Counted from the first letter of the stretch, positions 27,644 to 37,053 are shown. The stretch is DNA of 64,000 nt from a virus (IMGVR_UViG_3300044623_001231), one strand, 5' to 3'. Numbers and translations: made by a program. Notes: generated from the sequence alone by a model not told the origin.

Positions 27644-27840
27644 AGCCACACAATTTAAAAGAAGTATAACCAGAATTTTGTGTAAACCTATCATTTGTCT
27701 TTTTGCCCCAACCTTGTCCGAATTGCTCACCTTCATAGACTATTTTGGGTTGCATCCTCAGTAGTAAAACGAATTTCTTCTCCTACTTTAAGCAATGATG
27801 TTCTGAGTTTCCTCTCCGTAGAGCGATAGGAACTTCTTTG

Positions 27841-27928
27841 CGGAGAGTATAGGATTCGAACCTATGGAACCCTTACGAGTTCAACACCTTAGCAGGGTGC
27901 CGCTTTAAACCAACTCAGCCAACTATCC
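27841..27928 (-). tRNA. tRNA-Ser(GCT), class II
   Basis: loop CTGCTAA, long variable arm. Confidence 0.75.
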
Positions 27929-27933
27929 AATTG

Positions 27934-28007
27934 TTGGTAATATAGGAATCGAACCTATAACCTTTCGCGTATCAGGCGAATGCTCTAACCAATTGAGCTA
28001 ATTACCA
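27934..28007 (-). tRNA. tRNA-Ile(GAT)
   Basis: anticodon stem TTCGC/GCGAA, loop CTGATAC. Confidence 0.8.
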
Positions 28008-28085
28008 ATAAGTTGCAGGATATCGCTTAACCTGCGGTGTTGATATCATTACACACCTTTGATGTTACCACCAGCGATTTTTTTG

Positions 28086-28169
28086 TGGGAGCAGAAGGAT
28101 TCGAACCTACTACCTATGCGGGTTACCAGATTTACAGTCTGGCGCCTAACCAATTCGTGCGTTACTCCC
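28086..28169 (-). tRNA. tRNA-Tyr(GTA), class II
   Basis: anticodon stem CCAGA/TCTGG, loop CTGTAAA. Confidence 0.8.
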
Positions 28170-28275
28170 AATGGCGTTCCATATTACTCACATCTGATAA
28201 CCATATTGGGTTACCCACTTAATCTTACAACAGCTTTAAACTGAGAGATTGTAAGAATGTGTATGGAACATTTTG

Positions 28276-28349
28276 TAGAAGATATAGGATTCGAACCTAT
28301 GACCCTTTGGATGTAAACCAAATGCTCTAACCAACTGAGCTAATCTTCT
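28276..28349 (-). tRNA. tRNA-Val(TAC)
   Basis: anticodon stem TTTGG/CCAAA, loop TTTACAT. Confidence 0.8.
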
Positions 28350-28354
28350 ATTTG

Positions 28355-28430
28355 TCTAGATGGTAGGATTCGAACCTACGTGCTCTCGCGTCCAAGGCGA
28401 GCGAGAAAAACCTGACTCCTCTACATCTAG
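28355..28430 (-). tRNA. tRNA-Pro(TGG)
   Basis: anticodon stem CTCGC/GCGAG, loop CTTGGAC, 11-nt D-loop. Confidence 0.75.
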
Positions 28431-28436
28431 TTATTG

Positions 28437-28507
28437 TTATCCCTCGAGGACTCGAACCTCGACTGCCTGAATCAAAGTCAGGTGTCCTGCCATTAGACCA
28501 AAGGATA
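28437..28507 (-). tRNA. tRNA-Gln(TTG)
   Basis: anticodon stem CCTGA/TCAGG, loop CTTTGAT. Confidence 0.8.
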
Positions 28508-28544
28508 ATTTGTGTTACCAATATTTCAAAGAACTATACTTTTG

Positions 28545-28616
28545 CGGGGAGGGAGAATTTCGAAATCTCGACCTGATGATTAACAGTCATCTGCTCTTCC
28601 TCTGAGCTACCACCCC
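28545..28616 (-). tRNA. tRNA-Asn(GTT)
   Basis: anticodon stem GATGA/TCATC, loop CTGTTAA. Confidence 0.75.
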
Positions 28617-28630
28617 AATAAATTAAAAAA

Positions 28631-28659
28631 CCCCTAACTAAATTTTCATCAGTTAGGGG
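28631..28659 (-). terminator. intrinsic terminator (9-bp stem CCCCTAACT / AGTTAGGGG) plus T6 on the minus strand, separating the protein genes from the tRNA array
   Basis: perfect inverted repeat seen in the sequence. Confidence 0.7.
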
Positions 28660-28695
28660 TTCTTAAATACTTTACTATTTAATCTCTACATTATA

Positions 28696-28821
28696 TCATT
28701 CAAATATAATATCCCCTAACTTTGTATACGGTAATCTATTATCCGATTTGCGAATCGCACAATTACCAACCCAACTAAACGTTGATTGATTAAGGCCCAT
28801 ATGTTGTATTAGAGTTTTCAT
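28696..28821 (-). CDS. small protein (41 aa, start at the internal Met)
   Basis: the promoter -7 element lies inside the longer tracked ORF, so the downstream ATG is used. Confidence 0.35.
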   Translation of the reverse strand: MKTLIQHMGLNQSTFSWVGNCAIRKSDNRLPYTKLGDIIFE

Positions 28822-28928
28822 TTTTATGAATGTTATATGTTTATATATATTGTGTTTTTTATTTAACGTTGTAAATATACGAATAATATTTGAATTAAAC
28901 AAGCTTTTTTTTATTTTTTTTTATTTTT

Positions 28929-29264
28929 CTACAAAACTTCGGTTAAAATTCTCCATTCTTTTAGCGTATTACCATCAAATGTAACCTCTACTGGTTTATT
29001 TTTGAGTTTATCTACACTATCTACTTTAGCTTCTTTTAAGAGTTTAGAAACGTATCTCATTGTTTCATCATATGATTTACTTCTGTCCTCTTCAGTCCAT
29101 TTAGTATGTTCAGTACATTTGATTTGTTCAGAATCCCAATTTCCTTTGAAATCACCAACTCCCCAACCACCATCACCCAATGTGAAACTGATACCTAACA
29201 TACATCCCTGATATCCACCAAGTCCAAATGAAACTGCTTCTATTTTTCCTAGTCTCTTTTCCAT
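28929..29264 (-). CDS. hypothetical protein
   Basis: ORF track; short-leader promoter upstream. Confidence 0.5.
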   Translation of the reverse strand: MEKRLGKIEAVSFGLGGYQGCMLGISFTLGDGGWGVGDFKGNWDSEQIKCTEHTKWTEEDRSKSYDETMRYVSKLLKEAKVDSVDKLKNKPVEVTFDGNTLKEWRILTEVL

Positions 29265-29315
29265 AACTTATTTTATTTATACAAATATACGAATAATATT
29301 TGAATTAAACAAGCT

Positions 29316-29915
29316 TTATTTAATATTAATATTCCAACTGATTGAAATACGTGGTACTTCGGTTGAAGTGTACTCTAAAGTCCCATGCATTAACCACGAT
29401 GGGAAAGATATAAGTAAACCTTCTTTTGGTTGGATATGTAATTGAGGTGCCAACTCCTGATTTGTATTATTTGGTAATAACTTAACCAATGTGTTTATCG
29501 GTGAATCTATAACAAACTCACCACCTTTATCATTTTCCAAATCAACATACAATACGGCTGAGAACCCATTCGATGGTTGCCCAGCTCCCAAATGGTCATG
29601 CATCTCTTGATAACATCCCTTAGTTCCAATCGTCATCCAACAATCATCTACTGAAAATTTGGTTGTAGTAAATTCACCATCTACTAAATACTGAGATGTG
29701 TGATGTAATATCAAATCCTGCAAATAATCAGGGTAGAACTTCCGTTCAACTTCACAAAATATGTTTGTTCTCGTATTACACTTCCATTGGTTTGTATTAA
29801 ACAAATCATCATTTTCCTTTATGTACTTATACACATCTGCTTTCAATCGATGATGTAATTCCGCATCAATTCTGTCAAAGTATATTGGTGTTGGGAATAG
29901 GTTTTGTATTGGCAT
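29316..29915 (-). CDS. putative 2OG-Fe(II)-oxygenase-superfamily / cupin hydroxylase
   Basis: HDHLG ... WLMHGT His-x-Asp ... His arrangement (weak). Confidence 0.4.
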   Translation of the reverse strand: MPIQNLFPTPIYFDRIDAELHHRLKADVYKYIKENDDLFNTNQWKCNTRTNIFCEVERKFYPDYLQDLILHHTSQYLVDGEFTTTKFSVDDCWMTIGTKGCYQEMHDHLGAGQPSNGFSAVLYVDLENDKGGEFVIDSPINTLVKLLPNNTNQELAPQLHIQPKEGLLISFPSWLMHGTLEYTSTEVPRISISWNINIK

Positions 29916-29971
29916 AACTTATTTTATTTATACAAATATACAAAAATTAATTCACATATCCAAATAAAAAA

Positions 29972-29994
29972 CCCAACTTTTTTTAGGAGTTGGG
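29972..29994 (-). terminator. intrinsic terminator (CCCAACT / AGTTGGG) flanked by A/T runs
   Basis: inverted repeat with T-run. Confidence 0.65.
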
Positions 29995-30016
29995 TTTTTA
30001 AAAATGATTTGATAAT

Positions 30017-30301
30017 TTATTTTGTTTTTAATTCATTTATTGCATCTTCAACATACTTATCTCTTTGTTGTTGTAGATATTCAATTCGGTCTAATAGAAT
30101 TTGTTTATCTTCTTTATCAGTTTGTTGGATATATGTTTTTTGCTCTTCGTATAGTTTTTGCCAATATGCAACCCTCTCTTCCATCATTCTACCTTGATAC
30201 CATATAATTCCTATCATAAGTACAATAGTAAATGATTGCTCTTTTAACTTAGAAAAGAATGTATCTGTAAATCCAGATATTGGACTGGTTGATTCTTTCA
30301 T
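30017..30301 (-). CDS. membrane-anchored coiled-coil protein
   Basis: ORF track. Confidence 0.5.
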   Translation of the reverse strand: MKESTSPISGFTDTFFSKLKEQSFTIVLMIGIIWYQGRMMEERVAYWQKLYEEQKTYIQQTDKEDKQILLDRIEYLQQQRDKYVEDAINELKTK

Positions 30302-30312
30302 ATTATATAGTT

Positions 30313-30876
30313 TTATTTATACACAATGTAAGTGTTTGTGTCTTTACCATTAAATGGTTGATTTATTGGATAATATATAAAACCACCTTCATTAACAAAT
30401 GGTAGGTACATTGAGTTTAATGTATTAATTATATCATCATTTATTTTTCGCCACCAAATATCCATTACTACAATATCATACATTTTTGTAGGTTGGAATG
30501 TATATATATCACCCTCTATAATATTAACATTTGAACCCAATGCATCCAATTCTCTATTAATATCAATAATATCAGTATTAATTTCAATTACATCAATAGT
30601 GGTGCAAAAATCCTGCACCACGAATGGTATTACACCAAGTCCTAATCCACCAATTAAGATTGAAGTAAATTCCTTATCTAATAATTCAGGTGAATATTCC
30701 GTAATATAATTTGGTACATCATCTAATAATAGTTTACCATCTGGATTTATTAATTCTAAATAATTAAAATCATTATTCATTTGTATTTTGTATCCATTTT
30801 TTTCTATAACTGATGTTAATGATTTACCAAGTACACCCTCAATTTGATTATCTAATAATAATTGTTTATTTATCAT
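30313..30876 (-). CDS. class I SAM-methyltransferase / spermidine-synthase-like fold protein
   Basis: ILIGGLGLGV ... IDVIEIN ... VNIIEGDI ... YDIVVMDIW. Confidence 0.5.
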   Translation of the reverse strand: MINKQLLLDNQIEGVLGKSLTSVIEKNGYKIQMNNDFNYLELINPDGKLLLDDVPNYITEYSPELLDKEFTSILIGGLGLGVIPFVVQDFCTTIDVIEINTDIIDINRELDALGSNVNIIEGDIYTFQPTKMYDIVVMDIWWRKINDDIINTLNSMYLPFVNEGGFIYYPINQPFNGKDTNTYIVYK

Positions 30877-30888
30877 TTTTTACTTAGT

Positions 30889-31422
30889 TTAAATGAATGG
30901 GTCTTGTCTTGTCTGTATCAAATAATCACCATCTGGTACTTGTACAGTGAAAGTAAGCGACATGTCGGAATCATACTGGAAATCGACATAATTAAAATTG
31001 TCAGAAGTTACAACAATTTCACAATAATCGGGGGTTTTTAAGGCTTCAAAAACCTGTACCAGAATAACATCAGATGGATTAGCGGTGAAATTTCCAATTT
31101 TTACCTGTGGTAGAGCAGCTGGATTATTAACTACAATTGAACCATTTTTGTATATTCGCATGCCCCCTCCAGTTGGCCCCCCTCTAAAGTGTTCCCAATA
31201 TATATTTTGTGATGTAACAAGTGGTAAAGCTGAATGGTTATATTTACGCCACTCTGACATTGCTGCTGGGTTGGCTCCATTTGGTCTAAAAGTGCTGTTT
31301 ACATTAATAGTAGCATATGTTCCATTCTCTGCTGCATCCAATGATATTTGAGCAGTGGCTGAACGTCCTAATTCTGTATTAATTGCAGACATTGCTATTT
31401 GTCCTGATGCTGGTATTGTCAT
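30889..31422 (-). CDS. hypothetical protein (possible virion/structural)
   Basis: ORF track. Confidence 0.5.
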   Translation of the reverse strand: MTIPASGQIAMSAINTELGRSATAQISLDAAENGTYATINVNSTFRPNGANPAAMSEWRKYNHSALPLVTSQNIYWEHFRGGPTGGGMRIYKNGSIVVNNPAALPQVKIGNFTANPSDVILVQVFEALKTPDYCEIVVTSDNFNYVDFQYDSDMSLTFTVQVPDGDYLIQTRQDPFI

Positions 31423-31517
31423 ATTTACTTATAAATTGATTATACTAAAAACAAAAAATCCCATATTATATGTTTAGTATAAATATGAGATTTCTTTGTT
31501 TTATGAATATAACGATG

Positions 31518-32450
31518 TTAGTTCATTCCTTTGTACAATTGAGGTGCTGTTCCATAAACAGGTAACTTACCATCCCATTTGTTAATCCACTCTAATTGTA
31601 ATAACAATGGTGTTAATGTAACTTGCTTCATTCTATTTGCTTCAGCTTCAGCTTTTGCTGCGGTTAACATTGCCTGAGCGTTACCATTTGCGGTTGCTAC
31701 TTTGATTTTTGCCTGTGCTTCTGCGGTTTTAACTTCATTCTCTGCTCTCAGTGCTGATTGAACTGCGTTGTTCTTAGCTTCAATTGAACGTTTGAATGTT
31801 TCAGGATATATTAAGTTAGATGTGAATTGATTGATAACAAATCCCTCTTTTAATAACTGAGCATCTAACAATCTACGAACTTCAATTTCGAATATTGCTC
31901 TATTACTAATCAACTCATCAGCCGTATATTTATTGGTTGCCAAACGGAATGCATCATACACTGCCGTTTTTAAGAAACCTTCTTCAATATCTTCCAATGG
32001 TCTACGATACTTAGCGAAGATTGCCGGAACTTTATCCCTTTGTACTGAATAGTTCATAATTGGTGATACTGAAAATTCAGAACCATCTTTTGAGTTTACA
32101 ATAAATGAATTGTCAACATCTTCAGTTTTCTTATACTCTTTGTGCTGAATGAATGTTGGAAACTCATACACCTTAGTTGTGATTGGATTGTAAAATACCA
32201 TACCAGTAACTGCCGTTACATCATCAACTCCTTTGTTATCACCATACTGATTAACTTTTACACCAACGTGCCCAGCATCAATTCTTTCACACGATTGTGA
32301 TAATACTGCTAATCCAATAAATACTCCTACTCCGATTAAAATTCTCTTTACCATTTGTTTAATTTTTAATTGTTTATTTAATTTTTCTTGTTCTATTAAT
32401 TGTTCTTGTTCTGGTGATAATCTATTACCCCATCTGTCATAACTTGCCAT
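31518..32450 (-). CDS. SPFH/band-7 (prohibitin/HflKC-like) membrane protein
   Basis: N-terminal TM, SPFH core, C-terminal Ala-rich coiled coil AEAQAKIKVATANGNAQAMLTAAKAEAEAN. Confidence 0.7.
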   Translation of the reverse strand: MASYDRWGNRLSPEQEQLIEQEKLNKQLKIKQMVKRILIGVGVFIGLAVLSQSCERIDAGHVGVKVNQYGDNKGVDDVTAVTGMVFYNPITTKVYEFPTFIQHKEYKKTEDVDNSFIVNSKDGSEFSVSPIMNYSVQRDKVPAIFAKYRRPLEDIEEGFLKTAVYDAFRLATNKYTADELISNRAIFEIEVRRLLDAQLLKEGFVINQFTSNLIYPETFKRSIEAKNNAVQSALRAENEVKTAEAQAKIKVATANGNAQAMLTAAKAEAEANRMKQVTLTPLLLQLEWINKWDGKLPVYGTAPQLYKGMN

Positions 32451-32451
32451 A

Positions 32452-32793
32452 TTATTTTGTTGGTTTTGGTTTAGATGTTTTCACAGTTGTACTGTGTGGT
32501 GGTAACGGATGTTCCGATTTAGTTACCTTTGGTTTACGTTTTGTTTTAGGTTTAGCGGCCATCTTAGCAGCTTCCTTTAATTCCTCTTTATCAACCAGTC
32601 CACCTTCATTTGATGTTATTAACTCTTTTAATTCCAATAAACCCCAGAATGATAATAATACTAAACCCACAAATCCTACGATGTTTAAAAGGGTATTAGC
32701 TGCTGTTAGTGCTGGAAAGATTCCATATGTTACCAATAAAAATATTGTAATAAAGGTAACGATTTGTTTTTGGTATTGCTTTAACTTATTCAT
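32452..32793 (-). CDS. membrane protein with a Lys/Pro-rich tail
   Basis: ORF track. Confidence 0.5.
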   Translation of the reverse strand: MNKLKQYQKQIVTFITIFLLVTYGIFPALTAANTLLNIVGFVGLVLLSFWGLLELKELITSNEGGLVDKEELKEAAKMAAKPKTKRKPKVTKSEHPLPPHSTTVKTSKPKPTK

Positions 32794-32844
32794 AATTTTA
32801 TTTTTATTTATACAAATATACGAAATTAATTCGATATATCCTAA

Positions 32845-33234
32845 TTATTTATATTTTAATTTAACTCTATCTGAAATAGGAATGGGTTCGTTGCTTTCAT
32901 CAATCCTTACAAATTTAATGTTAGTTGATAGGATTATGGTTTGCTGACCCGAATATACATTATGTGCTCTAGCTTCTAACATTAGAGTTAAAGAAGTATT
33001 CCCTATCTCCTTTACTCTTCCATATATTTTTAGAAGTTGCCCTTCTTTAGCGGGTCTTTTAAATAAACACTCATCAATTTTTACAGTCACTATTCTGGGT
33101 GTATCACATACTTCCATTGCCATAGCGGCACCAGCAGCATCAATCCATGCTAAAAGTTTGCCACCAAATAGATTTGCATGAAACCCCAAATCAGCTTTCT
33201 TAATTGGATGGGTTGATATTAGTTGCATTTCCAT
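32845..33234 (-). CDS. hotdog-fold acyl-CoA thioesterase (YciA/4HBT-like)
   Basis: HANLFGGKLLAWIDAAG motif. Confidence 0.65.
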   Translation of the reverse strand: MEMQLISTHPIKKADLGFHANLFGGKLLAWIDAAGAAMAMEVCDTPRIVTVKIDECLFKRPAKEGQLLKIYGRVKEIGNTSLTLMLEARAHNVYSGQQTIILSTNIKFVRIDESNEPIPISDRVKLKYK

Positions 33235-33461
33235 TAATCGAAACTTATATTTTCATCGTTCATAAATTCGTTGAGTTTACTTCTAGCCGTTTCATATGCT
33301 TTGTAAGCATCCTCACTATATTCAGCATCTGACATATATTTGTATTGTGCTCGTAACCATTGGTCCATTTCCCAAAGTACTGAGTGCATTGATGCCCCCT
33401 GAATTGCCATTTGGAATTCATGTTCATCATCGGGTAAATTGAATTGTAATTTTGCTTTCAT
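33234..33461 (-). CDS. hypothetical protein
   Basis: ORF track. Confidence 0.45.
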   Translation of the reverse strand: MKAKLQFNLPDDEHEFQMAIQGASMHSVLWEMDQWLRAQYKYMSDAEYSEDAYKAYETARSKLNEFMNDENISFD

Positions 33462-33471
33462 TTAAATTTTA

Positions 33472-33660
33472 TTATAAGGAGTGTCCTAATTTCTGATGTA
33501 TTGATTTCATATGTTTACATGGTGTGTATCTATTGAATGAACGAGCTGAACATTCACAATTGGTAATTTTCCAATCGGTTACTGTAACATTATAGTAGGA
33601 TAACTTTCCAGTCTTTTTATTCCTACTTCCCATTTCTCTATATTGCCAAGTCATACTCAT
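33472..33660 (-). CDS. SWIM-type zinc-finger mini-protein
   Basis: CECSARSFNRYTPCKHMKSIH (CxC...CxH). Confidence 0.5.
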   Translation of the reverse strand: MSMTWQYREMGSRNKKTGKLSYYNVTVTDWKITNCECSARSFNRYTPCKHMKSIHQKLGHSL

Positions 33661-33661
33661 A

Positions 33662-34006
33662 TTAATCGAACCACTGTCTGCGGTTGGTTTTTAAGTTTTT
33701 AATACCTTCATCCCTATACTTAGGGTCATCTCCTAATTTCTCAGCTGCTTCAGCTATCCTACGAGCTATCTCATCATCACCTTCTTTTCCAATTTCTTTA
33801 GCTCTCTTCAATTCCTTATCAGTTAATTCACCACCTTTGGATAAAGAGGCAAAGTTCTTTGTGTGATATTGACCTAATGGTTTAGTGAATTGTTTTAAAT
33901 AGGCTGCCTTCTCATCCAAATATTGTAAAAAGGAATCGAAGTTTTCCTTAGCCAACTCATCAAGTTGGGTTTGGGTTAGTTCGTTTTCGGGATTAAAAAG
34001 CTGCAT
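33662..34006 (-). CDS. hypothetical protein
   Basis: ORF track. Confidence 0.5.
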   Translation of the reverse strand: MQLFNPENELTQTQLDELAKENFDSFLQYLDEKAAYLKQFTKPLGQYHTKNFASLSKGGELTDKELKRAKEIGKEGDDEIARRIAEAAEKLGDDPKYRDEGIKNLKTNRRQWFD

Positions 34007-34289
34007 CTTGCGCCATTATGAATCCAATACTATCTAACTCCTCTTTAACTTTCTTAACTCCACCACCAATCATCAACTCAGCTCCGATAGCATCAATGGT
34101 TAATTGAGCCTTCATAGCGTTAATGAACTTTTTACCTTTAACACCTAATCGAACTGGTGCTTTTTCAATTTCAACTAATGATGGAAACTTCTCATTTCCA
34201 GCAGGAACTATTACACAATTCTTATAACGAACAGTTGATTCTAATGGTTCCGTACTTAATGTGATTACTTTACTTTTCATATTTTTCAA
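33993..34289 (-). CDS. hypothetical protein
   Basis: ORF track; full cassette upstream. Confidence 0.5.
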   Translation of the reverse strand: MKNMKSKVITLSTEPLESTVRYKNCVIVPAGNEKFPSLVEIEKAPVRLGVKGKKFINAMKAQLTIDAIGAELMIGGGVKKVKEELDSIGFIMAQDAAF

Positions 34290-34391
34290 TTTTAGGGGTT
34301 TAATTATCTCTTAATCTTATAACCAAATATAAGTAAAATAATTGAGACCTACAAGCCTTTTTTCAATTATTTTCAAAAAAGTTATCAACAT
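34290..34391 (-). promoter_or_regulatory. full promoter-leader cassette
   Basis: CTTG-N20-TATATTTG, leader GTTATAAGATTAAGAGATAATTAAACCCCTAAAA. Confidence 0.6.
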
Positions 34392-34601
34392 TTATTTGTT
34401 AATAACTTGGGCATCATCTACTTTATCACATAAATAAAACAGCCCATCCTTACCTTTTAGTATTTTTTCACAATGGTAAGCTTCACATATTTCTTTTGAT
34501 GTGAATTTCTGCATTACCTTCTCAAACTTTTCTCCTTTAAATGTTCGTTTTACAACAAACATCTCATTACCCATATGGATAAATTGTCTATTGTAAAACA
34601 T
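34392..34601 (-). CDS. hypothetical protein
   Basis: ORF track. Confidence 0.45.
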   Translation of the reverse strand: MFYNRQFIHMGNEMFVVKRTFKGEKFEKVMQKFTSKEICEAYHCEKILKGKDGLFYLCDKVDDAQVINK

Positions 34602-34795
34602 TAATCGTATCTTTTAAATCCATAAACCTCTTTACGAGTGGCCATGTCAATTAATGATTTAATTTCAGTTTCTCTAGCTGAAATCATACCTCCGGTCATT
34701 TGCAATAATTCCAAATCCCATTCTTTATCCACCCAACGCATGAATAACTTTGTTAGAATCTTTGATTCAATCTTTTGTATTAATTTTTGTATCAT
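34601..34795 (-). CDS. hypothetical protein (internal-Met start, coupled TAAtATG)
   Basis: the tracked ORF overlaps the upstream gene by 70 nt; a downstream ATG gives stop-start coupling. Confidence 0.4.
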   Translation of the reverse strand: MIQKLIQKIESKILTKLFMRWVDKEWDLELLQMTGGMISARETEIKSLIDMATRKEVYGFKRYD

Positions 34796-34796
34796 A

Positions 34797-35210
34797 TTAC
34801 ATAAACATTTTATAGTTATTTTCCTCAGCGTATGCTGCAACTTCATATGGGTGGTTTGAATATTCATAACCCATATTATAATACCTACTCATCCAACAGG
34901 GTGATTGTAAATAATGTTGATATTCGTGAATGATTGTCCTTACCAAATCTCTCCTATTTTTTACATTATCAATTACAATAGTAAGTGTATTATCCATACT
35001 CTCATACCAACCTTTCAATTCTTTATCCTCTTCAGATTTTGACTTTGTAGTTGAACCATAAAATTCCAAATCATCATCGGCCCAAATTTCATCCGATTTT
35101 ATAATTTCCAAATAAGGTAAAGTTGATTGAAAATTACTATATCCATAGTGTTTAGCAACCTTTTTTAACTTACTATTAATAAACTTTTCCAACTCCTTAG
35201 TTAATATCAT
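34797..35210 (-). CDS. HExxH zinc-metallopeptidase-like protein (SprT/WLM-like)
   Basis: TIIHEYQHY motif. Confidence 0.45.
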   Translation of the reverse strand: MILTKELEKFINSKLKKVAKHYGYSNFQSTLPYLEIIKSDEIWADDDLEFYGSTTKSKSEEDKELKGWYESMDNTLTIVIDNVKNRRDLVRTIIHEYQHYLQSPCWMSRYYNMGYEYSNHPYEVAAYAEENNYKMFM

Positions 35211-35262
35211 ATCTCTTAATTATATGTCTAATATACGAATAATATTTGGTATTTCCAAATTT

Positions 35263-35763
35263 TTAACAACAAATTAAGTGATTTTTAACCCTTTTTTTCT
35301 GAATTTTACCCATAAGAATCTGATATTCTTTGGTTTCCATCACATAGTTTAAATCTATCGTTGTAGCGTAATAGGAATCGCTTCCTGATGATTTCCAATC
35401 GGATTCCATTAGATAGGTGTGTATAAAGAACCACTTAAGGTCAGCCCCAGAATCATCGTAGGATACCAATAGGTAGTCCGATTCCCTCTTAGAAAACTCA
35501 CCACCCCTCCAAATATGGGTAGTTTTAGCGGTTTTAATCTCCAATGCGGTACCTTTCACATAAAGGTCAGGTTCACCATCGGAAAATGGGGATATTACCT
35601 CAGGAACCACCTTAGAAAATGATGCTTCTAACATATTGGATATCAGTTCCGATTTCAACTTAGTAGATAGGGAACCATAATCCACAACAGATTTGAAAAT
35701 TTTGAATCTGTTATTAGCTTCCTCAACAACCTGTGGTAAATAACTTAAAATATACTCTCTCAT
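35263..35763 (-). CDS. hypothetical protein
   Basis: ORF track. Confidence 0.5.
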   Translation of the reverse strand: MREYILSYLPQVVEEANNRFKIFKSVVDYGSLSTKLKSELISNMLEASFSKVVPEVISPFSDGEPDLYVKGTALEIKTAKTTHIWRGGEFSKRESDYLLVSYDDSGADLKWFFIHTYLMESDWKSSGSDSYYATTIDLNYVMETKEYQILMGKIQKKRVKNHLICC

Positions 35764-35767
35764 AGAT

Positions 35768-36160
35768 TTAAACGTAATAGGTTAACAATGCAATTTCCCT
35801 TTCCTTACCCCATTCTTCTTTGTTAATGAAAATACCCAATTCATTAGCCAGATTTAACCCCCTATCCCATGCATCAACTTCATTCATAAACTGATACATA
35901 TTGAATTTGGTAGGTTGTTCACAATCATCAACATTTTTATAGTGGTTAGCACTATACTTACCATGTGGTTGTAAAAAGTGACCAGCTTCATGTAAAAGTG
36001 CATACAATCCGTTTTTATTTAGATTATATCTCCTATGAATGTAAATTTTAGCATTATCAGAATTACCAATGTAACAGGTACTATTTGATAGTTCAACTGA
36101 TATTGATTGGTTTTTAAGAAAATTAACAACTTTTTGAAAATTGTTAGGGAATTGGTTCAT
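35768..36160 (-). CDS. ImmA/IrrE-family (DUF955) metallopeptidase-like protein
   Basis: YALLHEAGHFLQPHG (HExxH...H); the start may instead be at 36208. Confidence 0.5.
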   Translation of the reverse strand: MNQFPNNFQKVVNFLKNQSISVELSNSTCYIGNSDNAKIYIHRRYNLNKNGLYALLHEAGHFLQPHGKYSANHYKNVDDCEQPTKFNMYQFMNEVDAWDRGLNLANELGIFINKEEWGKEREIALLTYYV

Positions 36161-36161
36161 A

Positions 36162-36470
36162 TTATAGGTATTTAGGTCCGTACATACCATATTTAGCAGT
36201 TCCATCAAAGATATTACCTCTACTATGTTTAGCAGCGGCTCTCCAACTAGCAGGTTTCATTAAATCACCTTTTTTGATTGGAGCTCCTAAGTGTTCACCA
36301 TCAACCATTGATACGAACCCCCAAACAGTGGTTCCATGCATCATTTTAATAAATTTACTACCTTTATTGGGTAATATTGGAGTCCAAGCTTTGTGAGTAA
36401 AGGTATTGTTCCACTCAGTTTCTAACTCAGTATTAACATTTTCTAACCAGATTTCGAATTTTGTTTTCAT
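36162..36470 (-). CDS. hypothetical protein
   Basis: ORF track; cassette upstream. Confidence 0.5.
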   Translation of the reverse strand: MKTKFEIWLENVNTELETEWNNTFTHKAWTPILPNKGSKFIKMMHGTTVWGFVSMVDGEHLGAPIKKGDLMKPASWRAAAKHSRGNIFDGTAKYGMYGPKYL

Positions 36471-36553
36471 TTTATTAGTTTTAGGGGTTTAATTATCTCT
36501 TATTACTCTGTAAACATACGAATAATTCCTGATATAAACAAGACATTTCGTAA
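36471..36553 (-). promoter_or_regulatory. full promoter-leader cassette
   Basis: variant -7 TATGTTTA. Confidence 0.55.
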
Positions 36554-36925
36554 TTATTTTTTAACAAATGAACGTTCACAACTACCTGTTTTACAAATAA
36601 ACCAATTCCAATTTTCATTAGATACGAACCTATCCCAATTTGAACCTTTAACAAAATGACCTACACTTTTATCATAGGTACATACATCAATCTCTTTTAA
36701 ACATCTACGGATTGATGAATAATATCCGCTACTCTTATATCCTAACATATCCTCAATAACATCCACCCACTTTGGTTTTGGATTATTATTAATTACTTTG
36801 ATAAGGGATGGATATACCCTAATTAAGAACTTTTTGTTCTCTGAATCATAGCCAACTTTTTTCTCAAATACTTCGTTAAATTTCTCTTTGTTCATAATTT
36901 TTAATTTTAGGGGTTTAATTATCAT
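36554..36925 (-). CDS. Cys-rich hypothetical protein
   Basis: ORF track. Confidence 0.5.
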   Translation of the reverse strand: MIIKPLKLKIMNKEKFNEVFEKKVGYDSENKKFLIRVYPSLIKVINNNPKPKWVDVIEDMLGYKSSGYYSSIRRCLKEIDVCTYDKSVGHFVKGSNWDRFVSNENWNWFICKTGSCERSFVKK

Positions 36926-37015
36926 CTCTTATTACTATGTAAACCTACGAATAATTCCTGATATAAACAAGCCTTTTGCCAATTATTTTTCAACTTTTTT
37001 ATAACGTGTTGATAA
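36926..37015 (-). promoter_or_regulatory. full promoter-leader cassette
   Basis: near-duplicate of the 36471-36553 cassette. Confidence 0.55.
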
Positions 37016-37032
37016 TCAATGGCACAAAAAAT

Positions 37033-37053
37033 CCCCAACCTTACGGGGTTGGG
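37033..37053 (-). terminator. intrinsic terminator (CCCCAACC / GGTTGGGG plus T6) after groEL
   Basis: 8-bp perfect stem. Confidence 0.7.
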
